Of a DNA stretch of 64,000 bases, positions 13,631-28,204 are shown piece by piece. The notes beneath the pieces are model-generated. The model did not search any database, had not been told where the DNA came from, and saw only the letters and a list, made by a program, of their open reading frames with translations. Each line of letters starts with the position of its first letter. Positions within the stretch are counted from its first letter, which is position 1. This stretch comes from Eledone cirrhosa (taxonomy: Eukaryota), in assembly GCA_964016885.1 (NCBI GenBank), contig OZ024740.1:98766001-98830000 (forward strand). The letters run 5' to 3'. The position numbers were made by a program, and so were the translations under genes.

Positions 13631-13667
13631 GTAAAGATGATGCTAATACTGTGAATACTACTACCAT

Positions 13668-14460
13668 AATCATAATAATTGTTTCTACTTTTGGCACAAG
13701 GCCAGCAATTACCCAGTGTATTAATGGTAATCATAATAATTGTTTCTACTTTTGGCACAAGGCCAGCAATTACCCAGTGTATTACTGGTAATCATAATAA
13801 TTGTTTCTACTTTTGGCACAAGGCCAGCAATCAACCAGTATATTACTGGTACTTTATTTTATCGACCCTGTAAGGATGAAAGGCAAAGTTAACTGGTAAT
13901 CATAATAATGGTTTCTGATTTAGTCCAACAATCTTTGGGGAAAGTTGATTAAATAAACCTCAGTGATTTACTGGTACCTTATTTTATCGACACCAAAATG
14001 TTTTAAACTCAAAATGTAAAGAGATGTAACGATATGCCATATAATATGTTGTCTCATGCTCTACTGCCAATCCACTGCCCTTACCCTACATCTCATGATA
14101 ATAATTGTTTCTACTATTGGCACAAGGCCAGCAATTACCCAGTACATTACTGGTACTTTATTTTATCGACCCCATAAGGATGAAAGGCAAAGTTAACCTC
14201 GGCAGGATTTGAACTCAGAATGGCAAGGACCGTAACTCCATGTGTCAAAGCATGGCATCCGACCCTCTTCCGATACTGACAATTCACAGCCGAATCTTCA
14301 TAATAATAATGGTTTCTACTTCAGGCACAAGGCCAGTAATTTTGGGGGACAATTTTATTAAATCGACCCCACTACTTGACTGGTACTTTATTTCATGGAC
14401 CCCAGTAGGCTGTAAGGCGAAGTTGTCCTTGGGGGTTGAACTCTGAGCATAAAGAACCAG
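13668..14460 (-). mobile_element. cluster of OK-like SINEs, including a 60-bp x3 tandem amplification of the SINE 3' end
   Basis: taatcataataattgtttctacttttggcacaaggccagcaatt.ccagt.tatta.tgg repeats at 13668, 13728 and 13788; near-full copy at 14100-14290; older copies adjacent. Confidence 0.85.
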
Positions 14461-14588
14461 TAACAAAATACATTAAGTCATTTTATTGAATACTCTTATG
14501 AATTTGTTTACTATTACTACTGACACAACAACAGCTACTACTACTAATACTACTGCTGCTGCTACTACTACTACTACTACTACTACCT

Positions 14589-14632
<44 letters not shown>

Positions 14633-15075
14633 GTTATTACTACTACTGTGTTTTGATTATTAATTTATAGTTCTTAGTTGATATAAAAAGTATTATTGTA
14701 GAATAGGGAAATGTTCAAAGAGATAAACAAATCTAACGCAGTTAGGAAGCTTCTGTTGCTGCTTTGGTCTTTTTGTTATCTTTTGTATTGCCACAACATA
14801 TCATACACCTATATATACACATATAGCCACATATATACACATATACACACACACACATATACACATATGTATGCACATTTATAGACTTACACTCATACAC
14901 ACATACATACACACATATAGTCCAACCTTTGCTCGCAGGGAAAATAGACTTTAAATGATGATGATGATGATGATGATGATGATTATGATATGTATATATA
15001 CACACAAACACTCACATACACACATCCTCAAGCACAGAAACACATATATATATGGATATTTTCTATACAGAGTTA

Positions 15076-15114
<39 letters not shown>

Positions 15115-17119
15115 CACACATATAAGCACACACTCACATATACACCTACATAAAGATGCATACACAATTACACATTCGACACATATACAGGTATACATAC
15201 ACTTACACAAACACATACACAAACATGCATTTACAAAAACACACTCATGCAAATGCACACAGATACACACAAATTTAAAGATATTTGCACTCCTATACAT
15301 AACACAAACACACATACACACACCAAGAAACAAATTCATAAGGGAGTTGGGTAGGGTAGGCAGATGGTAGAATATTAAAAGTAATCAACAACAACAACAG
15401 CAACAACAATAACAGCAAGATGGAAAGAAGTAAGAACAATTATTCTTTTATAACTTCACTCTCCCTCTCTTTTTTCTTTCACTCTCTCTCTATCTATCTA
15501 TCCCTCTATCTATCTGTCTATTTGTTTGTCTCTATCTAACTAATGTTTCATGGAATATGCAAATACAGACATGATTTTAAATTTGTGTTTCTAATTAGCA
15601 AGATTTCTGACTCATTAGTTGCTGCTCATTTGGAACTGGCAGTGTAAAATGCCTATTAGCCAAACTATTTTGTGAACACGCACACATACACAGACATACA
15701 CACACAGGCATAAACACACACTGACAGACAGACATATACTTACAGGCAGCACACACAAAAACTTATACACACATTCATATATATAAACACATACAAACAC
15801 TTACACATATATTCTTATACATACATATATACACACAAACACTTACATATTTATTCATACACATATATAAACACACTCATACACATGCTCACAAACAGAC
15901 ACATACATTGGTACATACAAACATACTCACACATGTACACATATTCACAGACCCATACATATATATTTAACACACATACAGAGAGAGAGAGAGAGCAATG
16001 AAATCATATATGCATTGAAAATCATGGAATCAATTGAGGTGAGGTGAGATGAAATGAGATTACAAAGAAGACAATATATGAATCCAATGATATTTTCAAA
16101 GTTGCTGATAGATAAATACATTATAATTCTTGGAAATTATATGGAAATCAAAGAAAAAGTAGACATAAGAATAATATCAAAACAAATTAAGTGCTTGGGT
16201 AATCTATTGGCATAGTGACGGGTAAATGCGTGGTCTAGTGGTTAAGGTGTTAGACTTACGATCATAAGGTTGTGTGTTTCATTTCTGGATTGAGTGATAC
16301 ATTCTGTTCTTGAGCAAGATTCAATATGTTGCATCGCCAATGATAATAATCTTGTAAATCCTATGATTAAACCACTCAAAAAAATTCCAATATAATTCAA
16401 CCTCGTAAATACCAGTTAAACTTAAGATATGTGTGAGCTGTAAATTTTATATATATATACACACAAGTAATTAAATATATGAATGGAGTAACTGAACAGG
16501 AAGATAAATATCTTTGTTTATTAATCCAATATTTTTTCGTGTTTTTCTATGTGCAATTTGGCTCTTTATTTCTACTGTAACACTAGGTGTTCCTTTGATT
16601 AATTTACTGATTACCTACCAGTGTGTCAAATCTTTCTCTTTCTCTCACACACACTCTCTCCTCTTGTTTTGACAATACCCTATTTTTACTTCCCTCAATC
16701 CCACGATAACATTTGCACAATGTGTCTGCAATATATCCTCTCCTGTTACCAGTCAAAAGACACTCATCTGTTGTTGCATGTTTCTATGTTGTTATCTCAT
16801 ATACTGCTTCTCGGTAGTGTGTTCTAAGCTGTCATGTAGCCTAGGCTCAATATGCAATATCATTCATGTACACGAAATTGTATTGCCCAGGTGGTGGCTG
16901 AAGAGTAACATACATACTCTTGTTCATTTGTCTCACGTATTTTGTTTCTTTCGTATGCGACTTTGCTATATTATTATTAGCTATTATTAGCACATTATTA
17001 GCTATTTGAAAAGATGATGGATTTCGCAACTAACTGCACCAGGGTTCCTGGAATTCTGGGGCATGAGAGTGAGATCCATCATCTCGACAGTAGTCGACGA
17101 TTGATGATGATGATATATA

Positions 17120-17555
17120 TATCATCATCATCATCGTCGTTTTATGTCCATTTTTCCAGATACATACTACATATATGCTTCAGCTTTGGCCTGTGCCCAT
17201 GGGAAGTCTGGTCTTCTGTATTACTGCATACCGTCAGAGATCTCTGTCCTATGTCATCACCTTTGAGAGGGGCAATTGGGAAGGCCAGCTTTTATCACCT
17301 CATCTCAAGACTTCTTGGGTCTCCCCACTAAAAGGCTTCCATCAACTTTGAGTACTCTGCACCTTTTTATACAGCTGTCATCCTTCATATGCATCACATG
17401 TCCATACCAATGCAGTCACTTTTCCTGCACACTGCATTTGATTTATTTTATACCTTGTTTCTCAGTTGGTTTATCCTTTGCCGTTCACATATATTACTAT
17501 TACACATCCATCAGAGCATAAAGCATCCTTTCTTTCCAATCTAGGCAAGTCTTCT
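17120..17555 (-). mobile_element. RTE LINE 3' fragment
   Basis: Homologous to 11790-12030 (ctgtattactgcata..cagagatctc; ctttgagtactct.cacct). Confidence 0.7.
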
Positions 17556-17575
17556 GCATATATATATATATACAA

Positions 17576-17610
<35 letters not shown>

Positions 17611-17729
17611 TGGAAAAGAATAATAAACATATGAAGATGCACTTAAACTTATATCATATACTTGCAACGTTCACATTTCACAATGAAAAAGAAATCCATT
17701 CACACAAAAAAAAAAATGTATATATATAT

Positions 17730-18077
17730 ATGATAAAGAACACAAGAGCGTCTACAACATCAAAAGATTTTTATTGGCTTACAATGTTTCTTCCTTACGT
17801 AACCGTAGAGTTCGTCAGAGCTATAAAAGGGGTTTGATTGGTGTTATGGACTCTACCAACCAAACATTCAAGAACAAAGAGTAAAGAGCGTAAAGAGCAA
17901 AAGTAGGGGACGATAAGTCTAATTTTGGTGCGGGAGGGTGGGGTGTGGGTCCTTGTTTACTAGCTGCGGTCATATTCATTCCCGGGAGTCGAGTGGTTAG
18001 CTGAACCATAGATGGGGTGGCGTCGATAGTATGGTGCAGAGGGTGTGCAGAGGCTACACAAGCACAAAAGGCATACA
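17730..18077 (-). mobile_element. solo PLE 3' end (pLTR) between (TA)n tracts
   Basis: About 350 bp non-coding insert bounded by (TA)n; contains an HHR followed by AATAAA on the minus strand. Confidence 0.6.
17777..17822 (-). ncRNA. type I hammerhead ribozyme
   Basis: Minus strand: gct-CTGACGA-actctacg gtta cgtaaggaa-GAAAC att GTA-agc. Confidence 0.7.
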
Positions 18078-18154
18078 ATATATATATATATAACGGAGGA
18101 GAAAGTACATGAGGTAATTAGAAATGGAAAAAGAGTAATAATAATAATCTATAA

Positions 18155-18342
18155 TTAATTGTTTCTACTTTAGGCACAAGGCCAGCAATTACCCAGTGCA
18201 TTACTGGTACTTTATTTTATCGACCCCGTAAGGATGAAAGGCAAAGTCAACCTCGGCGGGATTTGAACTCAGATCGTAAAGGGACGTAACTATGCTGGAA
18301 AGCATGGCGTCCGACCCTCTACCGATACTGCCAATCCACCAC
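18155..18342 (-). mobile_element. OK-like SINE, full length
   Basis: Near-identical to 5257-5449; TSD-like taataat(c/g)tataat on both sides. Confidence 0.85.
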
Positions 18343-19624
18343 TAATAATGTATAATAAGGCATGGGGAAGATTACACTATAATAAGGTATAAAAGTAAGA
18401 ATAAGGTAAAATATAAAGGAGGATAAAAGTGGAAATAATAAAGATAAAAAATATATATGTAAAAAAATATATAGAGAATATATAAAGAAATATAAGCGAA
18501 TATTTGGAGGGGAAAACACAATGTAAAAAAACCGATTTTTTCAAATAAAAATAAAAATATTATAATTATGCGGGGAGAAAGCGGGATAGAGAAATATGAT
18601 GAAATGTGATTAGTTGAGAGAATATAAGATGATAATAGTTATGTCAAGTGTATATATATATAGTGTTTTTAAAGATATAACTACAATTTTAGAAATAGTC
18701 ATGATTTGAGTTTCGTATATATATATTTTTTCTCTCCCATGTATTTTTAAGCCAGGTTGAAATTATGTTATACACGTGTTGTTTTTTATCGATTATGTTT
18801 TTGCTAAAACAAGAGACGCAACTGGTTGTATTTTGTCACTTATGTCAAAGAACATACAAACCTTGACAAGGGATGTAACTCTGGTTTGGCTAAATATTAA
18901 AACCTCAGTGTATCATAAATTGAGTTTCAGTTTATACTTATGAAAACTCTTTTCTTGCTAACACATTTTTACTCCATTGTACATTAGCTGCATTGATAGA
19001 ATGGGAAAACATCGAAATTTGACAAAGTTTGTCCTCTGCAACTCACAATATGTTGGATAAGGAAAAACATTCTGGTGTACAAGTCCCTAATTTATTGATA
19101 GTAAACTGTCCTCCTTAGTTGGCTGTTTGACTAATTAAGTGTTCAAGGCAACTGTTATATCTTATAATATATATTAGATTCTCTGAGTTAAACGGAAATT
19201 AACTTTTAATTTTGAAATTAGGTCCCTGTTTGAAGTGAAATTCATGACATTCTAATTGACAGTTGCATACCCCCCACCCCACCACCCCGAGAGGTTCGTT
19301 CAATCTTTTGACTTCAGGCTCTTTAATTATGGTTTGCAGCTTTTTTTTTGTGATTTTGGAAGTTGTTTTTTTTTTTATATTTCCGTAAGAGGTTTTCATT
19401 TATTGTCCTTTAATAGAATAGAAAGCTTTAGTTGTAAGTGTGTGTAGATTTCTGTGTTCTTTTGATTAAAAGTTGAAACATGATATAGCATTTTTTATTT
19501 TTTCATTTTGTTTCTTAAAGGATATGGATATCAATCTATTTTGCTTTCTACTGGTGATAAATGCTGATGATATTTCCTCCTGATGAGTATACCCCCCCCC
19601 CCCCCCCCACACATACACACAAGA

Positions 19625-19750
19625 ACTTGTCTGATGACTATGATAAACAGGCGAAATTCCAGAGTAATGAATCTCACTAGCCTTAATATAAATGAATATT
19701 AAAACACTACTTTGGTATTGAGTTCTCCTTTCTCTAAGCCATCAACTACA
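19625..19750 (+). mobile_element. decayed HHR-bearing PLE 3' end (related copy at 45060-45180, minus strand)
   Basis: CTGATGActatgataaacaggcGAAAttccagagta; the 45.1-kb copy reads TTGATGActctgtgataaacaggtAAAgctacagtgta with a similar downstream tail (..gccatca). Confidence 0.5.
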
Positions 19751-19789
19751 CATACACACACCCATATATATATATATGTGTGTGTGTTT

Positions 19790-20105
19790 GTGTATATAAG
19801 CTGAGCAGGCTTGACAGCTCCATATGCAAATGAAGCTCGTCAGCCCATCTACATAGGCGAAAAAACTATATATTTTTACCTCTTTCAAATTCCAGCAGAG
19901 AGCAGGGCAAGCGAAGCACTGTCCTGATTATCGCCTGAGCCTGAAATGTATTATCAGTTGTCCACTGCTACTTCTGCTGGATCTGCTAGACCGCGCTAGG
20001 CATTTGCTTTTAAAGCTAAAAGCTTTCCAAATGTTTACTCATAAGGGATACAAAATGCACATACTTATATGTATACAGCTATGTCGGAGTGTAAAAGTTT
20101 AATGT
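19790..20105 (+). mobile_element. diverged monomer of the octamer+HHR (retrozyme-like) family
   Basis: Colinear blocks shared with the 45.3-46.6 kb unit: tatgcaaat..ct..tcagcc, aaa.tatata.ttt, CTGATTA..GAAA, tgctagac, catacttatat, gagtg.aaaa. Confidence 0.6.
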
Positions 20106-22559
20106 GTCTGTGTGTACCTATGTTTGTGTGAATCTTTACTTGTACTTCACAGAACATTTATATATACTTAAATAGGCAATATAGAGGAAGTGACAAATCT
20201 TTCAACCTGATTCATTTACTAAAGTAACAAAACTTCATTTATTCTGAATCATGCAGTGTCAATGGCATTGCTAATTAAAACTAGCCTGTTAAGTTTGTAC
20301 TATATGTAAATAAGCCTTCACCAAAATTAATATGTTAAAAACTTTATCACCTAGGAATAGGCAAGTACTCATTGACAACATGTAAAATTATTGCAATGCA
20401 TCTGCCATTGCTGCCCTGGCTATTGAAATAGCTATCATATTTTGGCAGCTACAATATTTACTTCGAGATTAAACGTATATTTATTATGCATAAATGTATT
20501 CTATATGATTTCATATGTCTTTATTCTTTTTCTAAATTCCAAGAGAATATATATATGCTAGTATAACACTTAAAATGTCTTGGAGTTTATAACCACCATT
20601 GTCTCCACAGGGCCTCACCACATATTTCAGATGCAAATTTTCACCTGTTCTTTTGCTAGTTTCAGTCAAAACCCTACAGAGCAATTACTCCTTCCTTTCA
20701 ACCTGTACTGGCATACGAAATACGTTTTTAGTTTTTTGCTTGGATAAAAGAAGAGTGCCCATGATTCATTCAAAGCACCCAAAAGTGCTAGAAAGAAGGA
20801 AGGCTAGAGACTTGGATTCTACTAAAGACATACATGAGCCAGAAGGTGGTGTTAAACCAGGTGACAGAATACTTCATCCACTAAAGTGGGATACAGCAGT
20901 GTTTGAACTCTGCATCTAAAGATCTTGAACAAAAAACACAAGGCCTCTCATCAGATGCTCTAACAAATCTGAAAATCTAATATGCTAGCGTAGAACTTTA
21001 TTTTATTTGCCTCCTTGGTGAGATTTGAACTCAGAACACAGAAAATTTCTGTGCTGAAATAAATGTCTCCAGCATGTGCTTATAGGAACATCTTTACATT
21101 CCAAAGAAAATTGGTTAAAAAAATAATTCAAAAACACTAAAATGACAAAAAGAAATTTAAGAAGTGTTTATAATTTTCCTTTGAAAGATAAAGTTTTATC
21201 ACAGCTTCATATTTTTCAAACATATTATAACTATTTTGGTCCTGAAAATATTGAGACAGAAACTGTTAAGAATAAAATGATATCTGAGATTCCATTCATA
21301 TACTTTCAAAGAATACATAAATATCAATAAAAGATAACAATTGCAGTCCCTTCATGCACTGCATTCTGATTGTTTTTCTTATTCTTATTTGAATTTTAGG
21401 CAAATGCTCATGCCTTCAGCACAGGGTAGTTATAATAATTGTGAAAATTGGAGGAAAAAAATAAAAGTTGGATGAAATTGAAAGAAAATTTAAGTGATGT
21501 CAATTTTTCAAGCAAATAACTTTTTCTTGTGATGTACGTGCTTGTGGATGTGAGAATACATACGTGTTTGTCTTTTAAATTTCTTTAATAATTATTGATT
21601 TTTGCACAGTCACACACACATATATCACACATTATACATATATTGAAAAAGAAAGAGAAATACACACATATATATTTATATATATGCATATAAGCATGAA
21701 GGTCTGTGCATGCAATTTTTCCTATTTTCTATATCACACAATTTATTCAATAGCAAATGTATTTCCAAAAGAACAAAGCTTCATTACTAGAATCTAGACA
21801 CCAACAGTTATATACAGTTATTATAGATTAAACTTTAGAAAGGTTTGTATATGTTCACTGTTCTGCTTACTGACAGAACTCTAAAAATACATATAAGAAT
21901 GTTATGTGTGTCAGTTTTTAATCATCATATAGATATAGTAAACGAGGAAAGGCCAATTGACTTTCATGTAAAGGGATATATCTTCCATAGAACCATGCAA
22001 ATACATACATATATACATACATACCTGAAGCCTGCTTCATCTAGTCAGATAATAACAACCTCAACATCATCTCAATCCCTCCAGCAATTTTACATCCTTC
22101 CATGTGCATGGAGTTGACTTTTCAATCCAACAGCGATTTACAAGATCTTTGACGCAAATAAAAGATGTATGCCAATGTATGTATTGGGTTTGTTGGATCA
22201 GGATGTGGAATTTTTTTATTGAGGAACGTTCATGTGGTGTTTTAACTCAAATCTTGTCTCATGAATTGTGTCAAAAATTGGACAGGTAGTCATATTTGGG
22301 GATGAAGGAAGATTTGTAACATAATATGCCAGTGCTACTGACTGTTCATGTATGTTCGTATGGTTTACAAAACTAGCTTTAGAGAGAAGGACACAGTGAA
22401 AAAAATTGTAAATCCAATATTCAACATTTTCAGACCATACCAACTCACCTGCTCTTAATGTTCCTTTTAGCTCTGCTTTTGCTCTTTTTGTTTCATCCAG
22501 TAATTGACATCATGATTTAATTATCTTTTCTCATGTATTACAGACAAGAGCTTATGCTG

Positions 22560-23640
22560 TGGTCTTTTTCATTGCACAAGCTCAGCATAAAAGTTTTCCT
22601 TTGGAGGCCTGGCATCATTCATGCAAAAACGATGCCTTACCAATTTCAACTGACTCTTATTGATCAGTGAACTGATTATAGAGCACCCCAATCTTTGTGA
22701 AACACCTGTATCAGGTTTGGTGTAATATTTCAAATATCTTGAAATTCTGCTGATGAGTCGTCCATGCATCACACCCATATAACAAAACTGTATGCATACA
22801 TGTCTCATACACAGTTTCTTTTGTCCTCAATGCTATGCCTCTCTCTAACCACACCCGTTTCATTAATTTTCCAAATGCAGCACTTGCCTTCTCTAGACAA
22901 AGATGTATTTCTGTATTTAAATTCCCCTCCCTTAACAGAATACTACCCAGAGACACAAAAGAATCCACCACCATCAGCCTAGTATCATTCACATATATAT
23001 TTATCACAACATAAGGTTTCCTGGTGCTGGAGTGTACACCACCCTGGTCTTAAGCTTACAGTGTGTCCAAAAAGAGCACATGCTTCAGAGAATGTATTCA
23101 TCGTGTACTGCATGTTTTCTTCAGAGTGTGCAACAAAGTCTGTATCATCAGCATACAAAGGTTCTTGAATTAACACATTGAACGTGTTATTATTAAATTA
23201 TCTTAAATCAAATAATTGCCCAGATGTTTAGAAATGCAGGTATATGCCTAAATTAGTGTTGTGAAATGCATAAGCAAGGAGAACAGCAAAGTATATTGCA
23301 AATAGTGTTGGAGCAGGAATATCTCTTTGATTAACACGATTGTTCACAGTAATTTGTCCTGAATACAACTCTGACCTTCATGTTTTGATGTAGTTGTTTG
23401 GCGATCTGCAAAAATTTCTGTGAAGAGCCTAATTTACGAAGAATGATCCATAAGCTTCTCTGTTGACTGTATCAAAAGCCTTCGTCAACTCAATAAAAAT
23501 TTGATACAGAAGTATATGAAGATAATATCCATCGTCCATCTTCCTGCTCTGAAACTAGATTGCGTTTCTGGAAGAATTAGTTGACATATTTTTTAACAAA
23601 TTGTTTGAGCAGCAACCAAAATATTATCCACAGGATGTCC
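22560..23640 (-). mobile_element. RTE-BovB-like LINE RT region, decayed
   Basis: LYADDTDFVAHSEENMQ, VVDSFVSLGSIL..EIHLCLEKASAAFGKL, LLYGCDAWT; upstream KAFDTVNRE. Confidence 0.85.
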
Positions 23641-24059
23641 AAGATCAATCTCCCTACCAGGCAAGCTTGGTGTATTTGCCAGTTTAGTCATTGACAGCCT
23701 GACCATACAACGCATTGTTACATGATACCTGTGGCGATTGAGAGTTATCTGATATAAACGTACATATTTCATACATACATACATGATGGCGGCAACTCGA
23801 TTTTGAGTAATGCAATTGCTTGATACATAAGCATGAGTATCACAGACGCGGCTTTTTAGTCCTGCTATGGTCAGCAATACCATGCATCACAAAAAAATTC
23901 ACATATGAGCAATGCCTGCGCTTGAAACTTTTTTTGCATGGGACAATCCCACTTTCTTAACATCAAATGCATTTGCCCCAAAAGAAGAACTGGTCTACAT
24001 TATTGGATGCAAACAAAGTCGCAGGTTTTATATTGGAGTGACCTTCTCCTAGAGAGATG

Positions 24060-24300
24060 CCTTAATAAAGACTAAAAGTTTCTCGCTCCACAAAAAATAA
24101 AAATTCCCCCCAAAAAGACTTTATTGGATGGCCGTTGACTCTTTTGAGTTTCTCCACCCTTTGACGGGTTTTGTTTTTCATATCGCAGTGTGTCCCAAAT
24201 CACCCTCCTCACCAAGCAAGTTTGGTGCGGCTGCCGGTTTAGTTGCCAACGACCATGCACAGATTGTACTTGGTTACATGTTACCAGTAGAGCTGAAGAG
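24060..24300 (-). mobile_element. dispersed repeat, probable 5' UTR of the RTE-BovB-like LINE (copy at 50835-50995, plus strand)
   Basis: gcttggtgaggagggtgattt.ggacac..aaaacaaaacc..caaagg..gagtcaa.ggccatc is present in both copies. Confidence 0.55.
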
Positions 24301-27300
24301 CAACCTGAAATACATCCATACATTCATACATACATAATGTAGTTGTTGTAAATCACATACTGGTACATGTCATGTAGGTTGCTAACATCAAATTCAAGCG
24401 TTATGTCTGGTAGTGTGAAATAGTTTATTTCATATCAATAATTGGTCCAACCCATGATAGCATGGAAAGTGGACTTAAAATGATTTAGTGGTGTTTACTT
24501 GTAATATAAGCTTCATCTAGTGGATAATCACACAATATTGACATCAGACATATTTAGTTTTCTGTTGAATCTTGAAAGTGTAACTTTCAAGATACTGGCT
24601 AGACCAGAGCTTTTCAAACTGTTCCTATTAGAAAATCTTTCTTTTAAATACAGTTTTTGTAAGATTTTAAATTTAGTTAATGACACAAAATTAATAAAGA
24701 GAAAAACAATTAAATATATTATCACTAGTCACATGTCTAAACATAAACAGATTAATCTGATCTTAAGCATTTTGTGACCATATTTCTAATGAAATACATT
24801 ATCTCTATGCTTTAAGCAATTATTAGAATAATAAAGAGTTTCTCCATTATGAAGCTTCTATTTGGAACACAAAATTAAATAGATTCTTATGTAAAATTTT
24901 GAGAGCAGATCTAAATTGATATAAAATACTTTAGAATAGATAGTTTTGTATCATATGATGATTAGTTGTCTTTGGAAGGTTGTTATCAAAATATATTTTT
25001 GATGATATTTTGATCATATATATTGATCATATTTTGTGACATACCCAGAGATTTAACAGTGACATATTAAAGTGCCATGACAAACATTTTGGAAACAGCT
25101 GGCCTAGACTGACCTTAACCTTTTTTCACACTCTTTTTCTTTCTGGCATTGGGATTATCAATATCACTATTTCTGTGAAAGCTTCCAATTGATGTTAAGA
25201 TCTATTGGATTGTTGTGTCAATAGGTATTTCCTGTATAATTCAGTCAATAATTTCCAATATTAGTACCAAGCCAAATCTGGTAATGAAACTGCATTATTT
25301 TAAGAAGAAAGCTGTTTGATCACTATACTCTTAGTAATAGCACTGTTGTACAATATATTCTTGTCAATACAAGGTATTTAAGCACTTATTGCTTAGAATA
25401 GAGGAGATGAGAGACTGTTGATGTGAAAGTTTTGGTTAAAAAACCAATTTCTCACGTTCAACTATTAAGTATGAATATTAGTCTTGGCTGAATTCTTTAC
25501 TTATATTAGCCAAAAACGTTGTTATTAAATCCAGCTGTCTCTTAGATCTTCAAAAATAAATTATTGGTTACTTTTCTGTTTCTTGCTGTTGTAGATTCTA
25601 GCAATAACTTCTAACTACTAGCTTTAATGTACATTTTTGTCACTTCCTTCTATGACATCCTTTGACAAGATTTTAATGTCGATTTTTGAAAAAAAAATCG
25701 ATTGATATTACAAGAGATCAAATGACAATTGCTATTTGAGACAGCCATTTTTTTAGGGGTGGGGGACAACAAAAGAGATCACATGTCAAGTCGGTTTAGC
25801 TGAGAAATGGTTTGAGTTTGGATATATTTCATCCCAATAGACTTCCTAGAGCTAATGGAAGTATTTTTCCTAGCTCCTTGATAGCATTAGTGTGGATATT
25901 GATTGCAAAATTCCACTTGATATAAAATGATTTTTGTGTAAATAGTTCAATCTGAATAACATTAAGTTGTTTCCCTTATATATGTCAAAGAATTATATGA
26001 TTGAGTAGGACCAGCAATAAGATAGAACATTTCAAATACACACTGTTACATCTGTATGAATGATGGTTGTAGTGTCATGTAGGAGCCTCTAAAAAGTCAC
26101 GTGATTGATTAGAAATAACTACTAAATCTGCCTCAAGGCAAACATTCAAATCTATAGAAAATATTCCAGTACTTACTATGGCATTTTTTTGTTTCATGTT
26201 TGCATTTAACATGAAAACGCCACATGTTAGAAATAGAGCCAAATTTCCTTCAAACAACACAATCCTGTCTTTAAAAAGGAAACATTATAGTTTGGATTCA
26301 CACATGAAGTGCTTTTCATAAAAATCTTCACAATCAGAGTTGATTGGAGACTGAAATACAACGATGGAACCATATGTATGTATATATGCCCATGCATACA
26401 TGCATGTTTATAAATACAACTGTATGTATATATGTATGTTTGTATGCATGCAAGTATACATGTATGCATGCATGTATGTATGTATGTATGCATGTATGCA
26501 TGCATGTATGTATGTATGTATGTATGAACATATGTATGTACATGTATGTATGTATGAACATATGTATGTACATGTCTGTGTGTATGTATGTTTAAAATTG
26601 CAAGTTATAACATTTGAGGATTTTATTTTATTACTTTGTATATTTCCTGACACTCAAAGATCAATGGGGATGTGGGGGGGGGGGGGGTCTAGCTGACTCA
26701 AATTTTGCAAAAGATGGACTCAAATAAAGATATTCAAATACTAGGTGGATATGTTAAATTGGCTGACAAATTACGTCATCCATTCAAATAGCCAATATCA
26801 TGATTTGAACTGGAATGTAAAGACCCACAATAAATATTACAACACATCTAAACATTACATCAGTTCACTACTCAGGACTAAACATTTATTAAGAAATTTC
26901 AGTTGGAAGAAAGGAAATATTGATCATGGCAATATTTGAACTCAGAATGCAAGGACTACACATGTACACAAGTTCAGGGAGCTTCTGCAATGTTTCAAGC
27001 TACAACAAATTTCAGTCAAGAGGTATTTGTTAACTCAAAGTTATTGTACAAGATTTTTCAAAGGTACCCAGCAGTGGGATTGAACCTGGAATGCCATGGT
27101 TCCAAAGCAAACCTTTTAACCATACAGCCCTACCTTCACCTAAAATCAGAAGTTTGTAAAAATTAGCAAAAAGAGATTGATAGAAGAATTAAGTTTGATA
27201 TTTTACCTATATTCATGTAACACATAGTAAATGTTCTTCAACATTTAAAGTCCTGTTAACATTTAAATATATAATTCCGCTATAGAATATTTCATCTTTT

Positions 27301-28204
27301 AATACCAGGGAGCTACATCTTGCTTATAAAATGTTCTCACACTCTACCAAGAACATTGTATCATGGCAGCAACATTAGGGAGGTAGCCATGTTGTTGACA
27401 CAATTCAAGATACCTCGCACTGATCTATTTCGCAAATTTTAAACAGCTGGATTCCCTTCTTCTCACTGATCTCTTTACAGGTGCATATTTTTGTGGCACC
27501 ATCCCATGGGAAGTGTCATTTATTGACTCAACAGAAGAGCCCTCCCTACTTTGCAGTAGGGTGGGGAGAGGTTATATATAAGAGTAATATATATCATATG
27601 TATATATATATATATATATGAAAATAGAGAAATTAAGGTAAGCAAAAAGCCTACAATGATTAGACATATAAGTGACTATAAACATCAAGATGAAACATTT
27701 TTAACGAAAGATATGGTATAAGTAATATTATCTTAATTCAATAAAATCAAGAAAAAATAATTAACCTGCAATTTGGGAAAACTACAAATACAGTATATAG
27801 TCTTAAAAGACTATTTCACGAGACATATATATACATATATATTGATGAGGTTATAGTTAGTATTAGCCATAAACCTATTTGCTCACAATTAAATAAACCT
27901 ATTTGCTTACACTCCATGAGATATGGTGTGAACGTGTGTTGAGCAAAACTGTTCTCAGAGTGCTAAGATATTGTATATTCATATTAAATATATATATAGG
28001 ATAAATGAATAAAATTCCCATAACTCCTTGTGGAGTCATAGAGTCACTGTCATACGGCATATCTAGGGCACTTTTAAGTATGGCAGAGTGCAATCGTTTC
28101 CAGGACTGAACACAGCTGATTTTTTCTATAGAGGAAGAGTCGGCCCCAGTACTGTTCTGTTATATTTTTATTGACCTACAAAGGATGATCGGCAAAGCTG
28201 ACAA

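Noticed and set aside
13668-13850. Regularly spaced repeats resembling a CRISPR array
   Set aside because: Whole 60-bp units repeat with no unique spacers; SINE-derived; eukaryotic context.
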